Source: Candidatus Latescibacterota bacterium
Lineage (GTDB): Bacteria > Latescibacterota > UBA2968 > UBA8231
DNA: 64,000 bases
Assembly (NCBI GenBank): GCA_965248265.1
Contig: CBDFJF010000002.1
Coordinates: 2,944,001 to 3,008,000 of the forward strand
Direction: 5' to 3'
Positions 29,329 through 39,554 of the stretch are shown in pieces (positions within the stretch are counted from its first letter, which is position 1; each line of letters starts with the position of its first letter). The notes beneath the pieces were generated by a model, which had not been told where the DNA came from, did not search any database, and was given only the letters and a program-made list of their open reading frames with translations. Made by a program: the position numbers and the translations under genes.

Positions 29329-29953
29329 GTACAGGGGAGACGGATCTATCGAATACGCCGGCGAAGTCATCGAAAGCAGCACCTCAGAGCTGGTAGCCGA
29401 AGCCCGGGAACTGGATCAAGCGCCCGCATTCGGTAGTCTCGTGCACGTTGAAGCCGATTTTTCCACGGTCGGTGTGGTCTTCAATATTTCCACCCAATCG
29501 ATCGAGCCCGGCCGCAGGGCGATGGCCTTCGGCATGTCGGCGAACGACCTGCGGATGCAGCAGCCGCAGATCTTCGAATTGTTGCGTACTCATTTTCAAG
29601 TCCATGTCCTCGGATACATGGAGGGCGCTGATCCCGTGCAGGTTCTGCCTCCACAACCTGCGCCCGTCCACAGCTTTGTGCATGAGTGCGACGATGAACT
29701 CGTCAAGCAGTGGACAGCCAGCGATGAGTACCTGCGCAGTCTCCTCAACCGGCCCGCTCAGCGGCTGCCCGCAGATGATCTCGTCATCGCGCTGGTTCGT
29801 CGCGCCTTACGCGCTCATGAAAGCGTTCGTGAAACCGCTCGTGAATTCGGATTACGCACCGGCAAGCAGCTGGCCCGATTGCTGCGTGACGACTACGACC
29901 GCCTGGGATCCATCTTGCGACGTATTGCCGCCCATGGGATCTCGCTGCGATGA
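29270..29953 (+). CDS. Stand-alone HAS-barrel domain protein; start uncertain
   Basis: GEVIES.T....A......P.FG.LV ... QPQIFELLRT ... LPP.P..VH..V ... L..L.RDDYDRL, located between nurA and herA. Confidence 0.75.
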   Translation: MDSRCLSHARANPNCSPECEYRGDGSIEYAGEVIESSTSELVAEARELDQAPAFGSLVHVEADFSTVGVVFNISTQSIEPGRRAMAFGMSANDLRMQQPQIFELLRTHFQVHVLGYMEGADPVQVLPPQPAPVHSFVHECDDELVKQWTASDEYLRSLLNRPAQRLPADDLVIALVRRALRAHESVRETAREFGLRTGKQLARLLRDDYDRLGSILRRIAAHGISLR

Positions 29954-31713
29954 GTTCTCCTCACAATGAAGAGCCCGCAACATTCATGACTGCGCCTGGG
30001 GACCGGTCTGCGTCCAGGCGCAATGGTCGCAAGCCAGGCCGTGTTGCCAAGCGTCAGGGAGGGGCCCTCGGCGTGGTTACCCGGGGCTCACTGGTTGAGG
30101 GGTTGGAGATGAAGCTGGATCCGGTCCGCAATGTTGAGGACATGAAGGCCGGCAAGTTCGTCGTCATAGAGGGCGGAAAGAACGATTTCTTCTCCATGGT
30201 CACGGACATGCGGCTGGACGCCACCAATCAGGATATCCTGTTGCATCCACCGGAGGAGGAAGACGCATTTCTGAGAGCGGCGCTCAGCGGCACGAACACC
30301 TACAACATCGTGTCATTGAGGCCAATGCTGATGATGGCCAAGGGGGGGGCCGATCTGGACCAATGCGGGCCGCGACCCGTGAAGGCGATTCCCAGCCACT
30401 TTTCGAAGGTGTTGGAGGCTGACGAGGAGGACGTCGCCAGCATTTTCGGAAGCGAGGGCGATCCGGAGGGGCGCTATTTCAGTCTCGGATGTCCACTCGA
30501 CATGGAAACTCCGGTGTGCGTCGACATGATTCGCTTTGCCGAACGCAGCAATGGAATTTTCGGTAAGACGGGGACCGGCAAATCTTTCCTGACGCGATTG
30601 GCTTTGTGTGGCCTCATATACTACGAACGCGCTGTCAATCTCATCTTCGACATGCACAACGAATACGGTTACAAGGCGATGAAAGAGTCCGAGACCTCGA
30701 CCTCTTCGTTTGTCAAGGGACTGAAGCAACTATTCGGTGAACGGGTGGCGATCTTCTCCCTGGACCCTAAATCGTCGCGGGCGCGTGGTATTCAACCTGA
30801 CTTCGAGGTCTACATTTCATACGACCAAATCGCGGTCGAGGACATCGCACCTCTCCAGGACGAACTCAAGCTCAATCCCACCGCGGTCGAATCAGCTTAT
30901 CTGGTGTACGCCCTCTACAAGGAGCGCTGGCTGCGCACGCTGTTGAGCCTCGAGGGGCCTGACGTAGAAGAGTTCGCCAACGAGATCGGGGCGCATCCGG
31001 GCTCGCTCGTCGCCCTGCACCGCAAGATGAAACGGCTCGAGAGCTTTCCGTTCCTGGTGCCGAATCTGCCCGGTGATGGAGATGTCGTCGACCGCATCAT
31101 GGAATACCTGGATCGGGGCGTGAACGTAGTACTCGAATTCGGCCAGCAGACCAGCATGCTGTGTTATCTTCTGGTGGCCAACATCATCGCCCGACGGATT
31201 CACGAGCTCTATGTCAAGAAGAGTGAACGTTTCTACGCGACCCAAAAGCCGGAGGACAAGCCGAGGCAGTTGATGATCACGATCGAGGAAGCGCACAAGT
31301 TCCTCAACGCAAATGCCGCCAAGCAGACGATTTTCGGCACCATCGCGCGGGAGATGCGCAAGTACTACGTTTCCCTCCTCGTCGTCGACCAGAGACCATC
31401 GGGGATCGATGACGAAGTCCTGTCGCAGCTGGGGACGCGCGTGACCGCGCTGTTGAATGACGAAAAAGACATCAACGCCGTGCTGACCGGAGTCAGCGGG
31501 ACAGAAGGGTTGCGCAGCGTTTTGGCCAGCTTGGAATCCAAACAACAGGCGCTGGTCCTGGGACATGCGGTGCCGATGCCGGTGGTGATCAAGACCAGGG
31601 AATACGGACCCGAATTTTACCGCGCTATGGGATCGGTGTTCGATCTACCCGACGAGGAGCGCACTGCCCGGATCCAGATGGACACGATCAGCCTCTACGG
31701 TGGTGAGGAGTAA
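29950..31713 (+). CDS. herA: HerA-family ATPase/helicase (HAS barrel plus DUF87)
   Basis: N-terminal HAS barrel, Walker A GKTGTGKS, FDMHNEYG, Walker B ITIEEAH, AREMRKY, DQRPS. Confidence 0.9.
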   Translation: MSSPHNEEPATFMTAPGDRSASRRNGRKPGRVAKRQGGALGVVTRGSLVEGLEMKLDPVRNVEDMKAGKFVVIEGGKNDFFSMVTDMRLDATNQDILLHPPEEEDAFLRAALSGTNTYNIVSLRPMLMMAKGGADLDQCGPRPVKAIPSHFSKVLEADEEDVASIFGSEGDPEGRYFSLGCPLDMETPVCVDMIRFAERSNGIFGKTGTGKSFLTRLALCGLIYYERAVNLIFDMHNEYGYKAMKESETSTSSFVKGLKQLFGERVAIFSLDPKSSRARGIQPDFEVYISYDQIAVEDIAPLQDELKLNPTAVESAYLVYALYKERWLRTLLSLEGPDVEEFANEIGAHPGSLVALHRKMKRLESFPFLVPNLPGDGDVVDRIMEYLDRGVNVVLEFGQQTSMLCYLLVANIIARRIHELYVKKSERFYATQKPEDKPRQLMITIEEAHKFLNANAAKQTIFGTIAREMRKYYVSLLVVDQRPSGIDDEVLSQLGTRVTALLNDEKDINAVLTGVSGTEGLRSVLASLESKQQALVLGHAVPMPVVIKTREYGPEFYRAMGSVFDLPDEERTARIQMDTISLYGGEE

Positions 31714-31749
31714 GGGAGTGACCGTAGCAGAATTGGGGATTGTAGCGCC

Positions 31750-32526
31750 ATGTTGGTGGTGATCGTCAAATCGCTGACCCCCCTGTTCTCGCCGCTCGGT
31801 CTGAGCTTGGTGGCATGGGTGGGCGCTCTGATTCTATACCTGCGTGGATATCACGGGGTTGCACGTGCTTCTGCGCTCTTCGGTGTAGGAGTGATCCTGC
31901 TATTCAGCAATCCGATCGTCGGGGATGCGCTCATGCGTTCGTTGGAGAAGGACTACGAGGCGCGTGAACCCGAACGCTATCCAACAGCTGATGCGATCGT
32001 GGTTCTGGGTGGGATCACCAAAGTACCTCTGCCCCCACGAGTCGGCATCGAAGTGGCAGCCGGATTCGATCGTCTTCGATTGGGAGTTCGGCTGTTGAAG
32101 GCGCGCCGGGCTCCGCTGCTCATTCTCAGCGGAGGGTCGCTGGCGGCATTGAGCGGCTCTGATGTTCCCGAAGCGGACGGCCTTCGCACTCTGGCGTTGG
32201 AGTACGGGGTCGATGACCGGGCGATGCTGCTCGAAAGAGCCTCTCGCAATACCCACGAAAACGCCGTGCTGACTGGCCAACTGCTGAGCGCTCGCGGTAT
32301 CGAGCGCATCATCCTGGTGACGTCCGCCTCGCACATGGGGAGGGCTGAGGCGGCCTTTCAGCAGTTAGACGTTGAGATAGTCCCGGCTCCAACGGATTTT
32401 GAAGCGGTATCGAAGCCGATGAGCGTTCGTCGTCTACTGCCGGGGGCGGTGGCGCTGCTGCGGTCGACGCGAGCGACGAAGGAGTATCTGGGATTGTTGT
32501 TCTACAAGCTAGTGGGTTGGGCATGA
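31750..32526 (+). CDS. YdcF/ElyC (DUF218) family membrane protein
   Basis: AIVVLGG, DRL, LSGG, EA, SRNT.ENA, LVTSASHM.RA, KEYLG. Confidence 0.9.
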   Translation: MLVVIVKSLTPLFSPLGLSLVAWVGALILYLRGYHGVARASALFGVGVILLFSNPIVGDALMRSLEKDYEAREPERYPTADAIVVLGGITKVPLPPRVGIEVAAGFDRLRLGVRLLKARRAPLLILSGGSLAALSGSDVPEADGLRTLALEYGVDDRAMLLERASRNTHENAVLTGQLLSARGIERIILVTSASHMGRAEAAFQQLDVEIVPAPTDFEAVSKPMSVRRLLPGAVALLRSTRATKEYLGLLFYKLVGWA

Positions 32527-32528
32527 CG

Positions 32529-32996
32529 CTAGGTCGTGTCCGTCAACGGAAGTTCCACCCCCTGTGAGAAGGCCTGAGCGATCTCGTCGCAGCGTTCGTT
32601 GTCCGGGTCGCCGGCGTGGCCCTTGGTGTAGGCCCAACTTACCCGTTCGCTGTTCAGCTCATCCAGTTCGACCCACAAATCCTTGTTCAACACCGGTTTT
32701 TTCGCTGCCGTTTTCCAACCGCGGCGTTTCCAGTTGATGATCCATTCCGTAATGCCCTTGCGCATGTATTCGCTGTCGGTGACGATTTCGATCTCCGCGG
32801 CCCCAACGGCTGCCCGCAGGCCCTGGATGGCGGCGTTCAGCTCCATGCGGTTGTTCGTCGTCGCCTCCGCGCCCCCACCAAGTTCCTTAATGCTGCCATC
32901 GCTGTAGCGCAGGCGCGCTGCCCAACCGCCCGGCCCGGGGTTTCCGGAACAGGCGCCATCTGTAAAAATCGTGATCTCCTTATTCGAATCGCTCAC
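32529..32996 (-). CDS. rnhA: Ribonuclease HI
   Basis: [41 protein letters not shown]...NERCD. Confidence 0.97.
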   Translation of the reverse strand: MSDSNKEITIFTDGACSGNPGPGGWAARLRYSDGSIKELGGGAEATTNNRMELNAAIQGLRAAVGAAEIEIVTDSEYMRKGITEWIINWKRRGWKTAAKKPVLNKDLWVELDELNSERVSWAYTKGHAGDPDNERCDEIAQAFSQGVELPLTDTT

Positions 32997-33034
32997 GACA
33001 GCCGTATTCCTCCTCGTCTAAACTGATCGCACAA

Positions 33035-33087
33035 TTGCTCAATTCTTCGATCTGTCTACATTAATACGCCCCCAATTCACCTGTCAA
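33035..33087. promoter_or_regulatory. Candidate overlapping divergent sigma70 promoters (rnhA / lpdA)
   Basis: Minus strand TTGACA-N18-TAATGT; plus strand TTGCTC-N16-TACATT. Confidence 0.35.
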
Positions 33088-33106
33088 TTTCTTCGAGAAA
33101 ACTGGA

Positions 33107-34534
33107 ATGACTCAAGCAAACTCTGCCTACGATTTGATCATAGTCGGCTCCGGCCCCGGTGGGTACACTGCCGCCGTACGAGCCTCTCAATTGGGAATGA
33201 AAACGGCCATCGTCGAGATGGACTCAACCCTTGGCGGGGTCTGCCTCAACTGGGGCTGTATCCCGACAAAAGCGCTGCTCAAGCAGGCAGAGATGTACAG
33301 GCTCTTCCAGCGGGCCGAGGAGTTTGGCTTTTCGATCTCCAACGTTGCGTTCGACTGGCAGAAGCTCATCTCCCGCAGCCGCGATGTCTCCGGCCAGTTG
33401 GCGAAAGGGGTCTCCTACCTGATGAACAAGGGGTCGATCGAGGTCATTCACGGGAAGGGCAGGCTGACAGTCGTCAAGGAAGTGGAGGTCTTCGTGGAGG
33501 GGTCACTGCCGCAGAAGCTGCAGACGGCCAACATCCTGCTGGCCACGGGCGGACATCCACTGTCCATACCGGGGGTCACCATCGATGGTGAGAATGTGTT
33601 GTCCAGCAAAGAAGCGATGGTGTTGGAAACCCAACCCGAATCGATCGCCATCATTGGAGCCGGCGCCATTGGCATCGAGTTCGCCTATTTCTTCAACAGT
33701 TTCGGGACGAAGGTTACCGTGCTGGAGGCTGAATCCCAGGTCTTGCCAAGGGAGGATGAGGAGATTGCCGGGGTTCTCGAGCAGAGCCTGATCGAGCAGG
33801 GAATCAATGTCCAGACCGGAGTGAAGGTCTCCAAGGTGAAGGTCTCGAAGGTGGGCAAGGGAAGGCGCGATTCGATGGAGGTCGCGTACGGGGGTGGAGA
33901 CGACGGTGATCAGAAGTTGAATGCCACCAAGGTGTTGATGGCGGTCGGCGTGGGCGGCAACATAGAGGGACTCGGCCTCGAGATCGCTGGTGTGCAGACC
34001 GAACGCGGAGCTATCGTCGTCAACGGTCGCATGGAAACGAACATCAAGGGAATCTTCGCCATCGGGGATGTCGTCGGCCCTCCCCAGCTTGCCCACGTGG
34101 CATCGGCGGAAGCCCTCGCCGCCGTCGAGTTCATGGCGGGCAAGGAGCGACCTGAGCTGGCACGTGATTCGATACCCGGATGCGTCTATTGCCAGCCACA
34201 AGTAGCGAGCGTTGGACTTACGGAGAAAGACGCGATCGCGGCGGGGCACGACGTACGCGTCGGACGTTTTCCGTTCGCGGCCAGTGGCAAGGCCAGAGCC
34301 ATCGGTGAGACGGAAGGCCTGGTCAAACTGGTGTTCGAGTCGCAGTACGGCGAGTTGCTGGGGGCATCCATCGTCGGCTCTGAAGCGACCGAGATGATTG
34401 CCGAACTCGGATTGGCACGCACGCTCGAGGCCACTCACGATGAGTTGCTGCAGACCGTCCATGCGCATCCGACGCTCTCGGAAGCAGTTATGGAAGCAGC
34501 AGGTGAGGCTCTCGGAGAGGCTATCAATATCTGA
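33107..34534 (+). CDS. lpdA: Dihydrolipoyl dehydrogenase
   Basis: GSGPGGY, GGVCLNWGCIPTK, GAGAIG.E, AIGD, LAH.A, HAHPTLSE. Confidence 0.96.
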   Translation: MTQANSAYDLIIVGSGPGGYTAAVRASQLGMKTAIVEMDSTLGGVCLNWGCIPTKALLKQAEMYRLFQRAEEFGFSISNVAFDWQKLISRSRDVSGQLAKGVSYLMNKGSIEVIHGKGRLTVVKEVEVFVEGSLPQKLQTANILLATGGHPLSIPGVTIDGENVLSSKEAMVLETQPESIAIIGAGAIGIEFAYFFNSFGTKVTVLEAESQVLPREDEEIAGVLEQSLIEQGINVQTGVKVSKVKVSKVGKGRRDSMEVAYGGGDDGDQKLNATKVLMAVGVGGNIEGLGLEIAGVQTERGAIVVNGRMETNIKGIFAIGDVVGPPQLAHVASAEALAAVEFMAGKERPELARDSIPGCVYCQPQVASVGLTEKDAIAAGHDVRVGRFPFAASGKARAIGETEGLVKLVFESQYGELLGASIVGSEATEMIAELGLARTLEATHDELLQTVHAHPTLSEAVMEAAGEALGEAINI

Positions 34535-34810
34535 CGGACCACATTGCCGATTACATCTCTGACTTGAGTTACGCGCTCGAGGCATTGGATCTCGAGTCTC
34601 ATGCGTCAGGCCAGGCAAATGATCGAACAGGTCCGGGACGATGGCAGGCAGATTCTTTTCTGCGGCAACATGCATCTCAGGCCTCTACCCAGACCAGACT
34701 CGACGCAATAGTCCTCACAGGAAGCTCGATTTTTCTCATCCCTGAATACGACCGGTGTCCGTTACTGCTGGGTCTCGATCAAGCCAACGTCCGGAGTTGC
34801 AAAGCGGAGG

Positions 34811-36148
34811 GTGAATGCCAAGGTGAACTGGGAGGCCGTAGAAATACCAGCTTCTGCACTCCACATCGTGAAGTCCTTGCGCGCGGCGGGATTTCGGTCA
34901 CTGCTGGCAGGTGGTTGCGTGCGGGACCTTGCTCTGGGTCTGGAGCCGAAAGATTTCGATATCGCGACCGATGCCCCACCGGAAGAGGTTCAGCGGCTGT
35001 TCGAACACACGATCGCACTCGGAATCAATTTCGGGATCATCACAGTGGTCGCCGGGGATGGCTCCCAGTACGAGGTAGCACGGTTTCGCACCGATCTTGG
35101 CTACGCCGACGGCAGACACCCAACCGCGGTGGCATTTACTGATGTCGTTGAGGAAGATGCCAGGCGCCGGGATTTCACCATCAATGGCATGTTTCTGGAT
35201 CCTCTCGAGGGCCGTTTAATCGATCACGTCGGCGGCGAAGAGGATCTACGGCGACGCCGAGTGGGTGCCATCGGCGAGCCTAAAGAGCGATTCGATGAGG
35301 ACTATCTGAGGATGATCAGGGCGATTCGTCTCGCTGCTGGTTTGAATTTTGAGATTGAACAAGAAACGTTGACGGCGATTGCCAACAACGCTGGGAACTT
35401 GAATAGCATCAGCGCCGAGCGTGTCAGAGATGAACTGACGCGCATGTTGACGACACCGGGTGCCGGACGAGGTCTGCAATGGATGATGGAGACCGGGTTG
35501 ATGGCTGCCGTGCTTCCGGAGGTGGCTGCCATGGAAGGTGTGCCGCAGCCATCCGAGTTTCATCCCGAAGGGGACGTGTGGACACACGTTCGCCTGATGG
35601 TCGAGCTACTCAAGGACCCATCACCCGCCCTCGCCTGGAGTATCCTCCTGCACGACATCGGCAAGCCTGTCACCTATGTCGTCGCGGATCGCATTCGTTT
35701 TGACGGGCATGACGCGGTTGGGGCACGGATGGCTGAGGAGATCTGCCATCGCCTGCGCTTTTCGACCGCCGACACAAGCCGGATCCGCACGCTTACCGCC
35801 CAACACATGAGGATCGGGCATGCACCACGCATGCGCCTCAGCAAGCTCAAGCGGTTCCTGCGAGAGCCGTTTTTTATGGACTTGCTGGAGCTGCACCGAA
35901 TTGATTGCCTGGCCTCTCACGGCAAGCTCGATGTTCACGAATTCTGTCAGCAGCAACTGGATGAGGTCGAACCCGAGCAGTTGCATCCTCCGCGTCTGGT
36001 AACCGGGGATGATCTGCTGGAACTTGGCCTCAAGCCGGGGCCGCAGTTTGCTCACATCCTGTCTCGCGTAGAGGAAGAGCAGCTGGAAGGTCGCTTGCAT
36101 TCGAGAGAGGCTGCCCTGAAATGGGTCGCGCAATCCTTCACGGCGTAG
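34811..36148 (+). CDS. cca: CCA tRNA nucleotidyltransferase with HD domain
   Basis: GGCVRD, DFDIAT, RRDFTIN, EDYLR..RA.R, ERV..EL, HPEGDVW.H, LLHDIGK. Confidence 0.9.
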   Translation: MNAKVNWEAVEIPASALHIVKSLRAAGFRSLLAGGCVRDLALGLEPKDFDIATDAPPEEVQRLFEHTIALGINFGIITVVAGDGSQYEVARFRTDLGYADGRHPTAVAFTDVVEEDARRRDFTINGMFLDPLEGRLIDHVGGEEDLRRRRVGAIGEPKERFDEDYLRMIRAIRLAAGLNFEIEQETLTAIANNAGNLNSISAERVRDELTRMLTTPGAGRGLQWMMETGLMAAVLPEVAAMEGVPQPSEFHPEGDVWTHVRLMVELLKDPSPALAWSILLHDIGKPVTYVVADRIRFDGHDAVGARMAEEICHRLRFSTADTSRIRTLTAQHMRIGHAPRMRLSKLKRFLREPFFMDLLELHRIDCLASHGKLDVHEFCQQQLDEVEPEQLHPPRLVTGDDLLELGLKPGPQFAHILSRVEEEQLEGRLHSREAALKWVAQSFTA

Positions 36149-36236
36149 TCCACGGTTCGTACATTGCCGTGATACGTAAGGGGCGCCCTCCGCGCGTCCG
36201 TCCCCGATAGCGAGGGCTCACTACGAGTAATCGAGC

Positions 36237-37706
36237 GTGACTGACGAACGACCGAACATACTCTGGATATGTACCGACCAACAGCGTTATGACACCATCG
36301 GCGCCCTCGGCAATCGATATGTATCGACACCGAATATCGATGGTCTGGTCAATGACGGAGTAGCGTTCACGCATGCGTATTGCCAGAGCCCGATCTGCAC
36401 TCCGAGCCGAGCCAGTTTTCTGACGGGCCAATACCCCAGCACCGTGCACGTGAATGGCAACGGCAACGCTCATTTTCCGGCGGGCGCTCCCAAGTTAGTC
36501 ACCCGCATGTTGGCGGACGCAGGGTATCAATGCGGATTAATTGGCAAGTTGCATCTGGCCAGCGCTTTCGGGCGAATCGAGCCGCGGGTAGACGATGGTT
36601 ATTCCTACTGGCAGTACAGCCATGCGCCTCGCGACGATTGGGACCAGGGTCATGACTATGCGGACTGGATCAAGGCACGTGGTGGCGATCTGAACGCCTT
36701 CAACGCTGATGTCGATGGCGTTCCGGCAGAGTATCACCAAACCACCTGGTGCGCCGAGAAGGCGATCGAGTTCATGTGCTGCCAGCATACGTCGTCTCCA
36801 TGGCTTGCCAGTGTCAACATCTACGACCCACATCCGCCATTCAATCCACCCGGGCAATACCGCAAGCTCTTTGACCCGAATGACATGCCGGGGGCCCTTT
36901 TTCGAGACTCCGACTTGGAGCAGCAGCACAGACTGGAGAATATCGATTTTCAATCAAAAGGCCGTCACCCTGATCGACTCGACATCACCAGTCCGATCGT
37001 AACCCAGGGCCCCCTGGGTGGGTCGGCGAACGAGCCAACGCTCGGAGGCACCGACGCGCGCAGTCTGCAGGCCGCCTATTATGCCATGATCAAGCTCATC
37101 GATGATCGTGTCGGCGACATGCTCACCGCCCTGGAGGACAGTGATCAGCTGGATAATACGTTAGTCCTGTACACCAGCGACCATGGAGAGACCCTTGGTG
37201 ACCACGGCCTCATTCAAAAGGGTTGCCGTTTCTATGAGGGCCTGGTGCGGGTGCCGCTGATTTTTTCGTTTCCGAGGCGCTTTCGTCGAGGCGTGCGAAG
37301 TGATTTATTGGTGGAGCTCCTCGATATTGCACCGACCCTCCTCGACATGGCGGGGGTGGATGTACCAGGCCATATGCAAGGTCGCTCGCTCCTGTCCACG
37401 CTCGATGGCTGTCCTTCACCCGATCAAACGGAAGAACGCGAATTCGTGCGCTGTGAGTTCTACGATGCGCTTCACGCGCCCGATGGCACGCACGCCACGA
37501 TGTATCGCGATCGACGCTACAAGCTAGTCGTCTATCATGGTCACGACCTCGGTGAGCTCTACGATCTGGAGGAAGATCCAGAGGAGTTCGAGAACATGTG
37601 GGATGAGGTAGAGGCCCAGCCCTTAAAGTTGAAGTTGATGCAGCGTTCCTTCGATGCTTCGATGCTGGCCATGGATCAAGGCGTCGAGCGTATCGGGCCG
37701 ATGTGA
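36237..37706 (+). CDS. Formylglycine-dependent (Cys-type) sulfatase
   Basis: PNILWI.TDQ, CTPSRAS.LTG (CxPxR), GK.H, DPHPP, SDHG, ELYDL..DP.E. Confidence 0.94.
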   Translation: MTDERPNILWICTDQQRYDTIGALGNRYVSTPNIDGLVNDGVAFTHAYCQSPICTPSRASFLTGQYPSTVHVNGNGNAHFPAGAPKLVTRMLADAGYQCGLIGKLHLASAFGRIEPRVDDGYSYWQYSHAPRDDWDQGHDYADWIKARGGDLNAFNADVDGVPAEYHQTTWCAEKAIEFMCCQHTSSPWLASVNIYDPHPPFNPPGQYRKLFDPNDMPGALFRDSDLEQQHRLENIDFQSKGRHPDRLDITSPIVTQGPLGGSANEPTLGGTDARSLQAAYYAMIKLIDDRVGDMLTALEDSDQLDNTLVLYTSDHGETLGDHGLIQKGCRFYEGLVRVPLIFSFPRRFRRGVRSDLLVELLDIAPTLLDMAGVDVPGHMQGRSLLSTLDGCPSPDQTEEREFVRCEFYDALHAPDGTHATMYRDRRYKLVVYHGHDLGELYDLEEDPEEFENMWDEVEAQPLKLKLMQRSFDASMLAMDQGVERIGPM

Positions 37707-37720
37707 GGGGGCAGGAGAGC

Positions 37721-38563
37721 ATGCGATTCACAAAACGCCCGATCGTACGGCTGGACGGGTTTTCTGGTCGTCATGAGGATGACACGCTGACCATGGAGGA
37801 GCCTCTGGAGATTCGTCTCCAGGGGGAGGCGATCGCCGTCGTCATGCGCACACCGAAGGACGACTTCGATCTGGTGGCCGGCTTCCTCCTGACCGAGGGG
37901 ATCGTTCAGGCCCCGTCAGATATCGGTGCGATTTCCTATTGCGAGCAGGCTCAGCCGCCCAACCTCGAGAACGTCATCGAAGCGCGCCTGTCTGACGGTG
38001 TCGAATTCGACACGGAGCGTCTCAAGAGGAATTTCTACGCCTCCTCGAGCTGCGGGATATGCGGCAAGGCCAGTATCGATCATGTTATGGGCCTGGCTCC
38101 GGCCATCAGCACACATTTCACGATCCCGACCGATCTGCTTTACGGGTTGGACGAGAAGCTGCGTGAGGCTCAAGATGTGTTTTCGCAGACCGGGTCCGTC
38201 CATGCCGCAGGGTTGTTCGACACCCAGGGACGAATGCTGTCGCTGCGCGAAGATGTGGGCCGGCATAATGCGGTCGACAAAGTAATCGGCAAGCTTGTCC
38301 GGGAAGACAAGATGCCACCGGCGGAATGCGTTCTGATGGTAAGCGGTCGGGCCAGTTTCGAGATTATGCAGAAAGCGCTTATCGCGGGCATTCCGATCGT
38401 TGCGGCCGTGTCGGGGCCGTCGAGCCTGGCGGTGGACGTGGCCCGAGAGGCTAATATGACTCTGGTCGGATTCCTTCGAGGAGAGCGATGTAATGTGTAC
38501 GCCGGATCCGAGCGCATCGAGTCACAGGATATTCCAAGCAACACACTCCACTCCACTGAATAG
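37721..38563 (+). CDS. fdhD: Formate dehydrogenase accessory sulfurtransferase
   Basis: MRTP, GFL.TEG, SSCGICGK, TG.VHAA, REDVGRHNA.DK, SGR.SFE..QKA. Confidence 0.95.
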   Translation: MRFTKRPIVRLDGFSGRHEDDTLTMEEPLEIRLQGEAIAVVMRTPKDDFDLVAGFLLTEGIVQAPSDIGAISYCEQAQPPNLENVIEARLSDGVEFDTERLKRNFYASSSCGICGKASIDHVMGLAPAISTHFTIPTDLLYGLDEKLREAQDVFSQTGSVHAAGLFDTQGRMLSLREDVGRHNAVDKVIGKLVREDKMPPAECVLMVSGRASFEIMQKALIAGIPIVAAVSGPSSLAVDVAREANMTLVGFLRGERCNVYAGSERIESQDIPSNTLHSTE

Positions 38564-38572
38564 GAGGGTTCA

Positions 38573-39451
38573 ATGGCAAAGAAGAAACGTGTCATCAGTC
38601 CCAAGCTGCATCTATGCGCGGCCGCCTGGACGATGCAGGGTCAACCGCATCCCAATAAACAATGGTCGATGGACACGAAAATCCGCAAGGTGAAGGAGGC
38701 GGGCTTCGCCGGTTTCAGCCACGGGGCGGATCCGGAGGCCAACAAGGCCTGCAGGAAGTATGGCATCGTGCACGTGGGTGGCGTCGACGTCGCCAAGGTG
38801 AGAGAGGCGTTGCCGAAGCTGAAGAAGTTCAAGGGGATGGGAGTCCATCACATAAACATTCAATTGTGCGATCACGACACCGAAGTAAAGGATTCGGTTC
38901 CCGTCGCCCGCGCGGTGATGAAGGGTGGAGAGGATCTTGGCCTGCAGCCCGCCATCGAGATCCATCGCGATACATGCACGGAAACCCCCGAGAAGACCTT
39001 TGCTCTGGCTGATGCATACGAAAAGCGCTATCGCAAGAAGTTGCGCATCAACTTTGATCACTCTCACCCCGCCATCATCAAGCAGGTGAGAGCCCCGACC
39101 TACTGGGAGCCGAAGACGAACGCCCGTCCGGATCTGCTGCGGGCAGGGGAGTTGATTCACTTTCGCCCATTTACTGGTAGCCACTGCCAGACTCCGGTGA
39201 CTAACGGCAAAGGTAAGATCGACCGCGATTTCGCTCTGTGGCGCGACCATTTCCTCACCCCCATGCTGGAGTCGTGGTTGAAGGGCGCGAAGAGCGGCGC
39301 TGAGCTGTACGGTGTAGTGGAGTTGGGGCCACAGGGTTCAGGGTACGCCCTGGAGTGCTTCCCCGATGTATGGAAGGATGCCTGTGTGGCGCGTGTGGAG
39401 ATCCAGAACGTCTGGGATCGTCAGGTACGCAAGTGGCGGCGCGGTCGCTGA
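38573..39451 (+). CDS. Xylose-isomerase-like TIM-barrel protein
   Basis: EIHRDT.TE.PEK, DHSH, HFRPF.G.H.Q, ELGP..GY. Confidence 0.7.
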   Translation: MAKKKRVISPKLHLCAAAWTMQGQPHPNKQWSMDTKIRKVKEAGFAGFSHGADPEANKACRKYGIVHVGGVDVAKVREALPKLKKFKGMGVHHINIQLCDHDTEVKDSVPVARAVMKGGEDLGLQPAIEIHRDTCTETPEKTFALADAYEKRYRKKLRINFDHSHPAIIKQVRAPTYWEPKTNARPDLLRAGELIHFRPFTGSHCQTPVTNGKGKIDRDFALWRDHFLTPMLESWLKGAKSGAELYGVVELGPQGSGYALECFPDVWKDACVARVEIQNVWDRQVRKWRRGR

Positions 39452-39485
39452 GGGATAAGCGACCGACCAGCACTATCAGCGAAAC

Positions 39486-39534
39486 AAGACCGGGTCCCCG
39501 AGTCATGCCGGATGGCGTGTGGGGATCCGGTCTT
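39486..39534. terminator. Probable bidirectional terminator between convergent genes
   Basis: aagaccgggtcccc ... ggggatccggtctt, flanked by aaac and tgtttg. Confidence 0.65.
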
Positions 39535-39554
39535 TGTTTGCCGGTGTCGGGGTA

